A stretch of 64,000 bases of DNA from Candidatus Latescibacterota bacterium (GTDB taxonomy: Bacteria; Latescibacterota; UBA2968; UBA8231), in assembly GCA_965223905.1 (NCBI GenBank), contig CBDCXV010000001.1, forward strand, positions 1,344,001 to 1,408,000, given 5' to 3'. The position numbers and the translations under genes are program-made. Below are positions 8,085 to 17,459 of the stretch, in pieces; position 1 is the first letter of the stretch; every line of letters begins with the position of its first letter. Under the pieces are notes generated by a model that searched no databases, was not told where the DNA came from, and saw only the letters and a list, made by a program, of their open reading frames with translations.

Positions 8085-10319
8085 TCAATACACCAGCTCC
8101 ACGGTTCCGATCGACTCCTGCTCGCCCGCGTCGCTGTCCAGGCTCACGAGCAACAGGTAAATTCCGGGCGGCAGGAGATTTCCACCGTCGTCAGTGCCGG
8201 TCCAGGGCACGGAAAAGTGCCCGCCGTCCCGATCCCCCGAGAACAGGAGCTTCACCGGGCGCCCCGACAGATCGTACACTGTCACCCTTACGGGAGCGGC
8301 GCCGAGTAGGCGGCTTATGTCCAACCCGATGTCGGTCACATCATTCACGCCGTCCCCATTCGGGCTGAACGGCCTGGGATCCGCCCTCACGTCGATCAGC
8401 AGACCTTCCTTGCCCTCGATGGGCACGTCCACGGACAACCCTCGCTGGGTTTCAGTGCCCATGGGCACGATGTCGTCGTCCAGCTCGTCCAGCAGGGCTA
8501 CGTTTCCCGGGATCACCTCCTGTCCGACGGCTGCCTCCAGGCTCGACTTGGCGAAACCCGAGAATTTCGTCCCGTATCTGAGCACGCGGCACCGGAAACG
8601 GATATTCAGGACCGAGACCATCTCCGCCTCCAGATCGCTTTCCCGTATTGCCGGGAACTGCACCTCGAACCGCCTGTCCTCGAGTGCGGTGATGGCGAAT
8701 CGCTCCGTCTTGTCATATACCGGGAGCGAGCTGAGGTCAGTACCCGAGAAATCCGCCGACTCGCTGCCCCCATCCGGGAAGGTGACCTCGATTCGATCGA
8801 CCCCCTCGACCCGCACCGGGGTGACGATCACAAAACTGTCGAAGCCTGTGTCGACGCCTGGCCGAATCTTCGTCGGCATAACCGCATAGGTGAAGGTCGT
8901 GGGCGCACCGAGATCGACCTGCCTCGGGGAAATTTCCCCCAGTATCCGTTCGGCTCTGGGCGGCGAGGACAGCGTGAACGCGAAGGGACCTACTTCCGCA
9001 GCCGATTCCAACTCGTCGCTGAGGAAATCGATGCGGAATTGGAGGTATCGCCGCGGTCCCGGAGACAGGATCGGCACCCCCACCTCCTCGTCCTCGATGT
9101 TGTCCGCCGTGACCTTGACCCCTTCCAGACTGTACGGCGACGACCACTGCGTCCATGCGTCCAGATCGTCCTGAATCTCACCTTTATCCGATGATCTCAG
9201 GCGAGAGTAGCCCTCCGGGGTGAGCTCCAGCTCGCCCCGCTCTTCGCGGGGGAGAGATCGGTAAATCTGGAACGCTTCGTCGATTTCGAACTCGTCCAGG
9301 TTGACGACGCTATCTCCCGATCTGACCTCCGCGTTCTCTTTCCAGGGCACTTCCTTGACCCTCCCGGGTTCAGGCGTGTGCTTGCGGGTGAAGAGTAAGG
9401 GAGTATCGTCGGAGCCGGCATGGGTGCGGACCCGGACAGCCGAAAACCCCTCACGGCCGATGCTCTCCTCCACCCAGCGGATGTTCCCCGCCAGGGCCAG
9501 ATCCGCGCCCATGTCGAAAATATCTGACACGTAGGTCGCCGTCGGCACAAACCCGGTACCGAATACCTGAAACTCGGCGATCTCGAAACCGACTGCCGTC
9601 CTCGACGTCAGTCTGATGAAACGCACGTGTTGAGGAGGAATGCGCAGGTCCACCACCGGCTCATCGTTGGCTGGTTCCAGCGTGAATGAAAGCATGTCAG
9701 GGTATCCCGCCGTCTGCGTCTCTTCACTCCCGTCGTTGAGGAACAGCTCGTACCCCCTGATGTAATCCTCTTGAAACGGCATGTAGGGAGCCGGGAAATC
9801 GAGATGGGCGTTCCTCGGGAAGAATCGAATCCTGTCCACGCCGAAGCGAGCTCCGAGGTCAAACTGCATCGCCATCCCGCGGACGATGGTCACATTTTTC
9901 CTGTCGAGGGCTGTCGTCCCATCATTGTCGATCATCAATGCGAGCTGTTCGTCGATCCCCGACTCCAGGACATTCGGAGCTCGAACGCTGCCCCCCCTGT
10001 CGAGGATCCCCGGGGCCAGGTTCCTTTCCGGGTCTACTCGCCGGGGGGAGATCCACCCCTGTCTGCCCTCCCGTTCGAAGTCGATGACGCCCCCTGGCGT
10101 ATTGCCGCGCGCCCAATCGCGAACGCCCGTCCTTACCACAGGGTCGCCTCCTCCTCCCCCCGAGGTCCAGTCGAGTCCCGTCTCTCCACCCAGAACGATG
10201 GTGCGTGTCTCGGCCCCTCCACCGCCAGCCACCAGGCAGACGAAACCGGTATACCACAGCATCCATAGGAGACCTTTCACCACCGCGCCATACCTCCTGC
10301 TTCTCTCAGTACGCCACAT
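8085..10319 (-). CDS. Secreted protein with discoidin-like domain and C-terminal FlgD Ig-like domain
   Basis: 744 aa; FDLGARFGVDRIRFFP, WSSPY, SPGPRRY; C-terminal FSPNGDGVND...VYDLSGR...PPGIYLL. Confidence 0.8.
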   Translation of the reverse strand: MWRTERSRRYGAVVKGLLWMLWYTGFVCLVAGGGGAETRTIVLGGETGLDWTSGGGGGDPVVRTGVRDWARGNTPGGVIDFEREGRQGWISPRRVDPERNLAPGILDRGGSVRAPNVLESGIDEQLALMIDNDGTTALDRKNVTIVRGMAMQFDLGARFGVDRIRFFPRNAHLDFPAPYMPFQEDYIRGYELFLNDGSEETQTAGYPDMLSFTLEPANDEPVVDLRIPPQHVRFIRLTSRTAVGFEIAEFQVFGTGFVPTATYVSDIFDMGADLALAGNIRWVEESIGREGFSAVRVRTHAGSDDTPLLFTRKHTPEPGRVKEVPWKENAEVRSGDSVVNLDEFEIDEAFQIYRSLPREERGELELTPEGYSRLRSSDKGEIQDDLDAWTQWSSPYSLEGVKVTADNIEDEEVGVPILSPGPRRYLQFRIDFLSDELESAAEVGPFAFTLSSPPRAERILGEISPRQVDLGAPTTFTYAVMPTKIRPGVDTGFDSFVIVTPVRVEGVDRIEVTFPDGGSESADFSGTDLSSLPVYDKTERFAITALEDRRFEVQFPAIRESDLEAEMVSVLNIRFRCRVLRYGTKFSGFAKSSLEAAVGQEVIPGNVALLDELDDDIVPMGTETQRGLSVDVPIEGKEGLLIDVRADPRPFSPNGDGVNDVTDIGLDISRLLGAAPVRVTVYDLSGRPVKLLFSGDRDGGHFSVPWTGTDDGGNLLPPGIYLLLVSLDSDAGEQESIGTVELVY

Positions 10320-12954
10320 TGATCACCCGGTGAGCCGTGGTGTGCCCCACACGGTTATCCCAATCCGGATCCACACTCACCGCCAGCACGTACACCCCGG
10401 GCGGAACGATCTGCCCGTCTGTACCCTCCCCCGGCCACCTGATCGAATACGCACCACTCACCTGGTCCCGCCCCTCCACGTGCTCCCATACCTGCCGGCC
10501 GCTCAGATCGTAGACCCGGACCTCCACTTCCTGAGGACCGGTCAACCGCCGCACCGAGAAACCACCCACCAGCTCGTCGTTGATGCCATCCCCGTTGGGC
10601 GTCACCACCACCGACCCCACCTCGATCGGACTCAACACCCGACTCCCACTCGAAGGACTCACCAGCACCATCCCCGACCCGGCCGCCAGCGCCGTAGCGT
10701 CACCGGCATCCACCCGCTGCCACGAATCGACAAGCGACGAAGCACCCAAATAGGCCTGCAGGAGTGCACCAGGCGTGAACAAGGTCGTGCGAAACCGCAC
10801 CTCGAGCAGATCCGCCTCACCGGGCTCGACCGGTTCGGTCAGGCGCAGCCGCAGCGAATCCGGCGTCGCCGTCGGCACCTCCCGCACCTGATCGGGACCC
10901 AGGGGCTCAATCTCACCCCGCTCCCACGCCGACTCCCGACCGATGAACAGCTGCTCAAAGCTCAGCGCCATGGTCGCCGCCGACCACAGCAGAATCTCAT
11001 CGAACTTCCCGCGCTGGGACTCCGGCTTGATGAACATCGACACGACCTGCTCCACCCCCAACTCGTCCACCGCCTTCGGCGCCACCTCTCCCACCAACCG
11101 ACGCGCCAGGGGCTCCACGAACTTGAGCCGGATCTCCCGGAGAGAGGCCGTCGCATAGGGATCCTCCGAGATCAGCTTCACCCGCATCATCAGATACTCG
11201 CGCGGGCTCGGCGAAGTGATCGCAGCCCCCGAAACAGCATACGGCAGGGACCAGGGGCTCCAGTCCGCTCCCACCACTTCCAGGGTGTCGATCGGACCTT
11301 TGGAGAAAAAGTTCAAGTTCTCGTACTGCTCACCAGTCACCTCCGCCCCTCCGCTGTTGTAGTACACGTACTCCTCCGCCGTCTCGTTGCCGGTCCGCGT
11401 CTGTATCTCCACAAAGGTGCCCGGCGGCGTCTCGGCCTCCCACTCGATCGACACCAGGTTCTTCTCCCCCCCCACGAGCCGCACCAGGTTCGAGGTCAGC
11501 ACCACCTCCGGCTGATACCCCTCCCCGAAAAACTGTATCTCGCGGGGCTTGTGCTGGCCCTGCTCCGCCGCCCCCAGCCCTTGCCACGGCAACCCTCTCT
11601 CGGTCCAGTACAGGATGCGGACGAACCTACCCCGGACGAGATCGAAGCGAAAGGAATCGTACGCCTCCATGGTAGTGTGTGTCGACGTTGGCCGGCCCCG
11701 GAACGACACCGCCGTCGTCCACACGAGGGAGCCGTCCGCTGCCAGCGTCCCGTCCGAAAACTGCACGTCGGCGCTCTGAAGACGACTCCGCTCCAAGTTG
11801 TAGTAGGCCTGGTAGGTGTCGATCCAATACATCGCACCCAGATCGAAGAAAAGCTCCCCCACCTGGACAGTACTCGGGAAATGGGCGGAGGTCTCGAACA
11901 GCCCGTCGAAGAAATAGATTGCAGAACTTCCCGCACGCTTGATGATGGCCATCCCGCGGCGCTCCGCGAGCCCCAGAGAGATGTTTTCCCCCACCGTCCA
12001 CACTTCGATCTCAACCAGGCGCGGCCGTTCCCGGCGATAATACCGCACCGGGCCCCGCAGCGCCTCATCGATCGCCTCGTGCGTCGCCCTGCTGACCTGT
12101 ACTTCGCCGTCGTTCGTCTTCTTGTAATAGGCCACATCGCCGACGTCGGGCGCGGCCAGACCCCGGTGTACCGCTTCAGAGACCTCCGTCCCTCGCGTGC
12201 TGTCCGTAGCTGTGATCACTACCTGCACGAAGCGGATCAGGTCCCCGTGCATGGTCCCGTCGATGTTGAGCCGCGTCGGCTCCAGCTCAATCTCGAAAAC
12301 CCGCTCGTCCTTGTTCGACCTGATCGTCTGGAAACCCCGGTTGTATTTCCTCTCCCCCACTCCTTTCACCCCTTCCCCGTCCGAGGTCAGCACCACGAAC
12401 TGCAAGAAGGGATCCCCTTCCCCTTCCGGCACGAACTTCAGAACGATCCGGTCGGCCGACACCAGCCGACCCAGATCGATCTCGAACCACCAATCCAACA
12501 GCGGCCGGTCCGCATTCGGCTCCCAGTAGGTGCTCTCATCTCCGTCGAGGAGGTTTTCCACCGCCGCCACGTTCGTGCCCGCCGCCACCGCGTCCAGGAG
12601 GGTCACCGCCGACGCCTCCTTATTCTTCGGCGGGTGGCGCCGCAGATGGGTCAGGATGTCACGCGTGGCATCGATATTCTTGCGCACGAAGTGCGGCTCA
12701 ACCACACCAGCCGACGAGATTTCCACTGTGCCGGCAGCGAAATCCCACGCCGACCAGTGGGCCGAACGGTTCACCACCAGCTCGTTCCCCGAAATCCGGT
12801 AGCCCTGACCCCACACCACTCCGGTAGACATCAGAGCTAAACTGAGTACTAGTGCCTGCGTGCGTAAGTCCGCGTAAGAACGAGGGCGCCGAGTCGGGAT
12901 ACATCGGCGGACAAATTCACGTGGAATTGCGTACGCAGGTACTATCTTTGACAT
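10306..12954 (-). CDS. Secreted protein with discoidin-like domains and C-terminal FlgD Ig-like domain
   Basis: 882 aa; LLDGDESTYW, IDLGRLV, WSLPY, SPSPREY; C-terminal VTPNGDGIND...VYDLSGR...PPGVYVL; start uncertain. Confidence 0.8.
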   Translation of the reverse strand: MSKIVPAYAIPREFVRRCIPTRRPRSYADLRTQALVLSLALMSTGVVWGQGYRISGNELVVNRSAHWSAWDFAAGTVEISSAGVVEPHFVRKNIDATRDILTHLRRHPPKNKEASAVTLLDAVAAGTNVAAVENLLDGDESTYWEPNADRPLLDWWFEIDLGRLVSADRIVLKFVPEGEGDPFLQFVVLTSDGEGVKGVGERKYNRGFQTIRSNKDERVFEIELEPTRLNIDGTMHGDLIRFVQVVITATDSTRGTEVSEAVHRGLAAPDVGDVAYYKKTNDGEVQVSRATHEAIDEALRGPVRYYRRERPRLVEIEVWTVGENISLGLAERRGMAIIKRAGSSAIYFFDGLFETSAHFPSTVQVGELFFDLGAMYWIDTYQAYYNLERSRLQSADVQFSDGTLAADGSLVWTTAVSFRGRPTSTHTTMEAYDSFRFDLVRGRFVRILYWTERGLPWQGLGAAEQGQHKPREIQFFGEGYQPEVVLTSNLVRLVGGEKNLVSIEWEAETPPGTFVEIQTRTGNETAEEYVYYNSGGAEVTGEQYENLNFFSKGPIDTLEVVGADWSPWSLPYAVSGAAITSPSPREYLMMRVKLISEDPYATASLREIRLKFVEPLARRLVGEVAPKAVDELGVEQVVSMFIKPESQRGKFDEILLWSAATMALSFEQLFIGRESAWERGEIEPLGPDQVREVPTATPDSLRLRLTEPVEPGEADLLEVRFRTTLFTPGALLQAYLGASSLVDSWQRVDAGDATALAAGSGMVLVSPSSGSRVLSPIEVGSVVVTPNGDGINDELVGGFSVRRLTGPQEVEVRVYDLSGRQVWEHVEGRDQVSGAYSIRWPGEGTDGQIVPPGVYVLAVSVDPDWDNRVGHTTAHRVINVAY

Positions 12955-13008
12955 AGTGGACCTTTTACGAACCAGGAGCCGTTTGTCCGATGCATTTACT
13001 ACAGCCGG

Positions 13009-14961
13009 CTAGTACGCGACCGATACCACGCCTACCTGCTTCTCTACACCCTCTTCGCTTGCGACCTTCACCTCGCACAGGTACAGGCCCGGACTCGCCA
13101 GTTTTTCCCCTTCATCCAACCCGTCCCAGCTGGTCTGATGCCGGCCGATCCCCTCCTCACCCGCGCTTACTTCCCGCACCAACCGACCCCCCAGATCCCA
13201 CACCCGCACCGTCACCGGAACCGCCGCCATCACCTTCAACAGCTCGTAGGTGATCTGCACCGCGTCGTTGACCCCGTCCCCGTTCGGCGTGAACACCGCC
13301 GAGCTGAACCGCAACGACCCGAACACCTGCCCACCCGGCACCAGCGTCGCCACCGATATCCGGTTGCCGTCCAGCTCCTCCGTCGCCTCCCCGGCCCGGA
13401 TGAGCTGACCCATCTCCCCGGGCAAGGCCGTGTCGATCGCCCGCCCCTCTAACACCGCCCCGTGGCGAAACACCTCGGCCTCGACCTCCACTTCCAGCAG
13501 CTCCCCACTGCGGTTGACATCCAGGCGCTCGAAACCCACTGCCACCCCTTCCCCGGGGCGCGCCAGCAACTGGTGCTCGATCCTCTCTCCGGCGAGCCGT
13601 ACCTCTTCCACCGAGGCGATCCGACCGCCGGACAAACGCAGCTCGAGCCCGTCGAAACCCAAGTCTCCCGGCTCGATCGTCGGCAGCACCGCATACACCA
13701 ACCGGTGTAGCCGCGCCACCTCGACCCGCCACGGACCGACCTCACCCACCACATCCGTCACCAGCCGCGGCGACACCGCAAACTCCACATACCGCAACCG
13801 ACCCCCATCCGACGCCAGGGATTCGAAATCCACCCCCAACTGCACATAGCGACGCGGCTTCGACGACCGAAAAGTCACCCCCAGACTGTCGGCAAACCGA
13901 TACGGCGCCGACCACAAATCCCAGTTCGCCCCGTCCGCGGTTATCGCCCCCCGCTGCCCCAGCTCCAACCGCCCGTAGGCCTTCTTAGTCAGCGGATTTC
14001 CCGAGGCGCCGTACGGCACCTGCTCGTCGCCGCGGAAGGTCTTGCGCCAGTATACCTGCGGGTCGTCGTCGTCGCCTGCCTGGCTGCGCAGCAACACCCT
14101 CGCCTCCGCATCGTGCCGGCCGGACCAGCGCACCCAGCCCAGGGACGAAAATCCCCCCAGGTCGATCACGTCCGACCGGTACGAGGCCTGCGACACAAAC
14201 CCGTCGCTGTAGATTTCGATCTCGGCCAGCTCCCAGATCTCCTCCTGGGCCACCATCTCTATGAGGAGGTGTCGGATCGGCGTGCCGTCGAGCTCGATCT
14301 CCACCAGGGAGCTCTTGTTCTCCTGAATCTCCGCAATCGTTTTCACTTCTATGTGGAGGCCTGCGAGCGTGTTGATGTCTGAATTGACCCGCCCTGTGTT
14401 GTTGAAGATCGTCCCCTCCGGCACCTCCCCGCCGTCTGCCGCCACGAATATGTGCCTGATGAAGCTGTCCTCTTTCCCTGGCGGTCGGAACCGGATGAGC
14501 CGGACCGGAAAGGACCCGCCCAGATCGAAGTAGAAGGGCGTCCCGTAGATGTTGTCCTCGTGAAACAAAGGCCGCGTCTCCTCGTACGACGTCATGGGAT
14601 CACCGTCGGCCACCGCTTCGAGCTTTTCTTTGCGGAGAAAACCAGCTGAACTGCGGCCCAGCAGGCCCCCTCCGAGCGCCCAGATCGAAGGTGTCAAGTT
14701 TACGTCCGACGCGAAGAAATACGGCGCGATCCATCCTGGCTCGATCGCCAGGGCCTCGCTGAACCCCCCGACGTCCTCGTGCACATCCCAGCTCAGCAGC
14801 CGGAATTCGGCCTGTCCAGCCGCCACTTCCGGCGGCTCGGGTTGATCCCCTCCGCCCAACCGATAGATGGTGAGCGCCTGACTCGGACTCTGGATCGCCG
14901 TGATCGCCACGGCGACCATCACCCCTACCAAGCCTGCTGTCCGTTCGACGGTTCCGTACAT
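13009..14961 (-). CDS. Secreted protein with discoidin-like domain and C-terminal FlgD Ig-like domain
   Basis: 650 aa; FDLGGSFPVRLIRF, GFVSQASYRSDVIDLG, WSAPY; C-terminal FTPNGDGVND...VWDLGGR...SPGLYL. Confidence 0.8.
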   Translation of the reverse strand: MYGTVERTAGLVGVMVAVAITAIQSPSQALTIYRLGGGDQPEPPEVAAGQAEFRLLSWDVHEDVGGFSEALAIEPGWIAPYFFASDVNLTPSIWALGGGLLGRSSAGFLRKEKLEAVADGDPMTSYEETRPLFHEDNIYGTPFYFDLGGSFPVRLIRFRPPGKEDSFIRHIFVAADGGEVPEGTIFNNTGRVNSDINTLAGLHIEVKTIAEIQENKSSLVEIELDGTPIRHLLIEMVAQEEIWELAEIEIYSDGFVSQASYRSDVIDLGGFSSLGWVRWSGRHDAEARVLLRSQAGDDDDPQVYWRKTFRGDEQVPYGASGNPLTKKAYGRLELGQRGAITADGANWDLWSAPYRFADSLGVTFRSSKPRRYVQLGVDFESLASDGGRLRYVEFAVSPRLVTDVVGEVGPWRVEVARLHRLVYAVLPTIEPGDLGFDGLELRLSGGRIASVEEVRLAGERIEHQLLARPGEGVAVGFERLDVNRSGELLEVEVEAEVFRHGAVLEGRAIDTALPGEMGQLIRAGEATEELDGNRISVATLVPGGQVFGSLRFSSAVFTPNGDGVNDAVQITYELLKVMAAVPVTVRVWDLGGRLVREVSAGEEGIGRHQTSWDGLDEGEKLASPGLYLCEVKVASEEGVEKQVGVVSVAY

Positions 14962-15060
14962 CCTTCGACCTCTCTCGAGTACCTGCAGAGATACGAAATC
15001 ACTTGCCAGGTATCAACCGAATCCCGACCTACGTCTCGTCTTCTACTCCCGCCGGGGTTT

Positions 15061-15108
15061 TTCTCCATAACCATATTCTCCATAACCGTTTATTCCAATT
15101 TATTCCAA
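15061..15108. repeat. Two pairs of short direct repeats upstream of the envelope operon
   Basis: TTCTCCATAACC at 15061 and 15076; TTTATTCCAA at 15089 and 15099. Confidence 0.85.
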
Positions 15109-15184
15109 TATTTGAAGATTACAAAGGCCCTACCGTCATATCACACGGCCTTACCGTCCCTCCCAGCCGCGTGGCCATGCCAAC

Positions 15185-17125
15185 TCACATGGCCGACACG
15201 GCATTGCCGGTCTGTCCCATCAGGGCATTGATGACCAGCCAGAACCCGCCGACCGCGGCCTCGCCGAGAATCAGCCCGAGAAAGAAGGGTTTGGCGCCGT
15301 TGTAGAGCTTGACTCCCCAGTACTTCAGGATGAGGGATTTGAGCAGCCACGCCGTGAACACGGCCAAAAAAATGTGCTCCGTCAACCATCCGCTGAGGAC
15401 GAAGCCGAGGGGGTGGAGAGGCCACCAGTAGAATCGGGACTGGGCGACGAGGAGGGACCCTTCGACGAGCCCTCCAATCCCGGTGAAGATCCAGCCTCGC
15501 AGGTCGGGCACCCGCGGGTTGACAATGAGCCGGGCCATGTTCTCGAACGTGTCCATTGGTCGCAGGCTCATGAAGGAGGAGTGCAGGTTTATCCCACCCT
15601 CCACGTAGCAGTAGCGCAGAAGGATCCAGGTTGCCGTCAGGAGGCTGCACACGAGAGCAGCCATCATCGCCCAGAACAGCCGCCTCTTCGGTCCCGGGAT
15701 GTGCTCTGCTAACTTCAGTCCATTGGCGCAAGCTATCATGGGGAACAGCCGCATCTCGGCCTGCCAGACGTAGGTGAAGGCCAGGGCCACCAGTCCCTTG
15801 ACGCCGATGATGGATGTGCCGACCCCCGAGATGACGAACCACGCCGCCACCATGGGAGCTCTCGCCGTGGCCACTCCCGCGGTCGTCACCACGCGTGTCA
15901 CCATGATAAAGAAGACGAGACAGGCGCCCAGGAAGAGCGGCAGCACGATGGGTGGAATCCCCGAGCGCCACAGCCACACGGCGACGAAGGCGAGGCTGAA
16001 GAGAAAGCCGAAGAGAGCGACTCTGTATGGCAGCAGTTCGTCGTCGTCTTCCACGTCCGCATCCGACCGCCAGGCCTTGCGCACCACGTCCCGGAGGTGT
16101 TTCCTTGCGGTCCACAGAATGAAGAGGACGAAAACGATACACGCTCCCATTTGCTGATGGATCAGGTCTGCCCCCTCCACATGATACAAGCTCAGCCGCT
16201 CGGTACTGCCGATGCCGAGGGTGTCGAATATCACTCCCTGGATCCTGCCCAGCACGAAGAAGAACCAGATGCCGAACAAGATCCCCACGTTCACCAGGAA
16301 GAAGAAGCCCGTCCACCCCAGACGGAACCAGAAGTGGATGGCGACGGTGTCCGTTAAGGAGATGGAGGCCACCACATTCGGGACATAAGGGATGGAAGGG
16401 AAGTACGCGTGCAGGCCGGTCATGCTGAGTATTGTGAACGGCACGAAGAATCCGATCCACATAACCGGATTCCGAAAAAAGGGGCCGAGCCTTTCCAGGG
16501 GCCCTTTCCCTTCCTCGATCATCTGCAGCGGTAGCTGCATCATCGGGTAGGTGAGACGCTCGTGCTGGGACCATTGCCGGTGGAGGATGGTACTCAGGCA
16601 GATCATCATGAACCCCAGCACCAGAAATAAGACGTACCAACAGGCCAGGGGGGTTACCCACGCTCCCCAGGGAATGCTCGCGCCCTTGGGCAACCCCTCG
16701 TACATGTACTGGATCGCCCTGGGGTCCTGTGGCGTGATCCAGTCGACGATGTGGGGAATGTACAGGTCCGCCCATTGGTTCTCCGGCGTCGCGTGGTATT
16801 GGATGCCGCCGATGGTGGGGATCAGGTAGACGATGAATGCCTGACCGGGCGCGGTCAGCGCCATGAGCATCATGACGTACACCATGACCAGATCCGCCTT
16901 CGTCAGGGCCAGCTGCCGCTTGACGATGGCGAAGCAGGTGTTGATGAAGAAGGTGAATACGAAAAACAGGAAGATGGCTCCGTGCGAGGAGCTGTTGACC
17001 CCCCACGCGGAATCGATCAGGATGACCGTCGTATAAGGGGCTACGAGGCCAATGACGGCAGCGAAGAAGGTGCCGACTGCAAAGCCCTTCCACGTGTACG
17101 GAGACGGCCTATGCTTGTTGTCCAT
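15185..17125 (-). CDS. Polytopic membrane protein, DUF6785/DUF6784 family (putative transporter)
   Basis: 646 aa, many hydrophobic segments, QWSQHERLTYP and C-terminal WWPLHPLGF motifs. Confidence 0.8.
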   Translation of the reverse strand: MDNKHRPSPYTWKGFAVGTFFAAVIGLVAPYTTVILIDSAWGVNSSSHGAIFLFFVFTFFINTCFAIVKRQLALTKADLVMVYVMMLMALTAPGQAFIVYLIPTIGGIQYHATPENQWADLYIPHIVDWITPQDPRAIQYMYEGLPKGASIPWGAWVTPLACWYVLFLVLGFMMICLSTILHRQWSQHERLTYPMMQLPLQMIEEGKGPLERLGPFFRNPVMWIGFFVPFTILSMTGLHAYFPSIPYVPNVVASISLTDTVAIHFWFRLGWTGFFFLVNVGILFGIWFFFVLGRIQGVIFDTLGIGSTERLSLYHVEGADLIHQQMGACIVFVLFILWTARKHLRDVVRKAWRSDADVEDDDELLPYRVALFGFLFSLAFVAVWLWRSGIPPIVLPLFLGACLVFFIMVTRVVTTAGVATARAPMVAAWFVISGVGTSIIGVKGLVALAFTYVWQAEMRLFPMIACANGLKLAEHIPGPKRRLFWAMMAALVCSLLTATWILLRYCYVEGGINLHSSFMSLRPMDTFENMARLIVNPRVPDLRGWIFTGIGGLVEGSLLVAQSRFYWWPLHPLGFVLSGWLTEHIFLAVFTAWLLKSLILKYWGVKLYNGAKPFFLGLILGEAAVGGFWLVINALMGQTGNAVSAM

Positions 17126-17254
17126 ACGGGTGGACTGCGTAGCGCGAACGATTATCTATCGCGAGTGGCGGGCGTGGCGATCCACGCCAACCGCGATTGC
17201 GACCAGCGAAAAATGCCGACCGCAGGCCAAGTATCAGGGCGATACTGGTCTCAT

Positions 17255-17292
17255 GACCGGGCCGAATCTCGGGACCAAGATTCGGCCCGGTC
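17255..17292. repeat. Perfect 15 bp inverted repeat
   Basis: GACCGGGCCGAATCT (17255-17269), 8 nt loop, AGATTCGGCCCGGTC (17278-17292). Confidence 0.9.
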
Positions 17293-17360
17293 GATCACGT
17301 CCGATTCGGTACGAGGCCTGCGACACGAACCCGCCGTATGGCTCACCTCGACCCGCCACG
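17289..17360. repeat. Intergenic copies of two segments of the gene at 13009..14961
   Basis: 17289-17336 matches 14160-14206 (44 of 48 aligned positions); 17344-17360 matches 13717-13733 exactly (17 nt). Confidence 0.85.
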
Positions 17361-17362
17361 AA

Positions 17363-17406
17363 CAGAAAAGGGGGGGGGGTGGAACCATCCCCTCCCCCCT
17401 TTTCTG
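17363..17406. terminator. Bidirectional Rho-independent terminator
   Basis: CAGAAAA, G-run stem, C-run, TTTTCTG; lies downstream of the minus-strand gene ending at 17460. Confidence 0.75.
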
Positions 17407-17459
17407 CTCAGGTGCGTATTGCACTTGACGTGAGTACTCTACACGCTGGAAGGCCCTCC

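Noticed and set aside
9886-12840. 984 aa plus-strand ORF
   Set aside because: Antisense shadow of the FlgD-CTD genes; His/Pro/Arg-rich with no motifs. The skewed codon usage removes stop codons on this strand.
15141-17093. 650 aa ORF overlapping DUF6785 in another frame
   Set aside because: Arg/Gly/Pro-rich alternative frame typical of high-GC DNA.
17289-17360. DGR template repeat or CRISPR spacer interpretation
   Set aside because: No reverse transcriptase or cas gene in the window, no repeat-spacer periodicity, and the differences include an indel and are too few to show adenine-specific mutagenesis.
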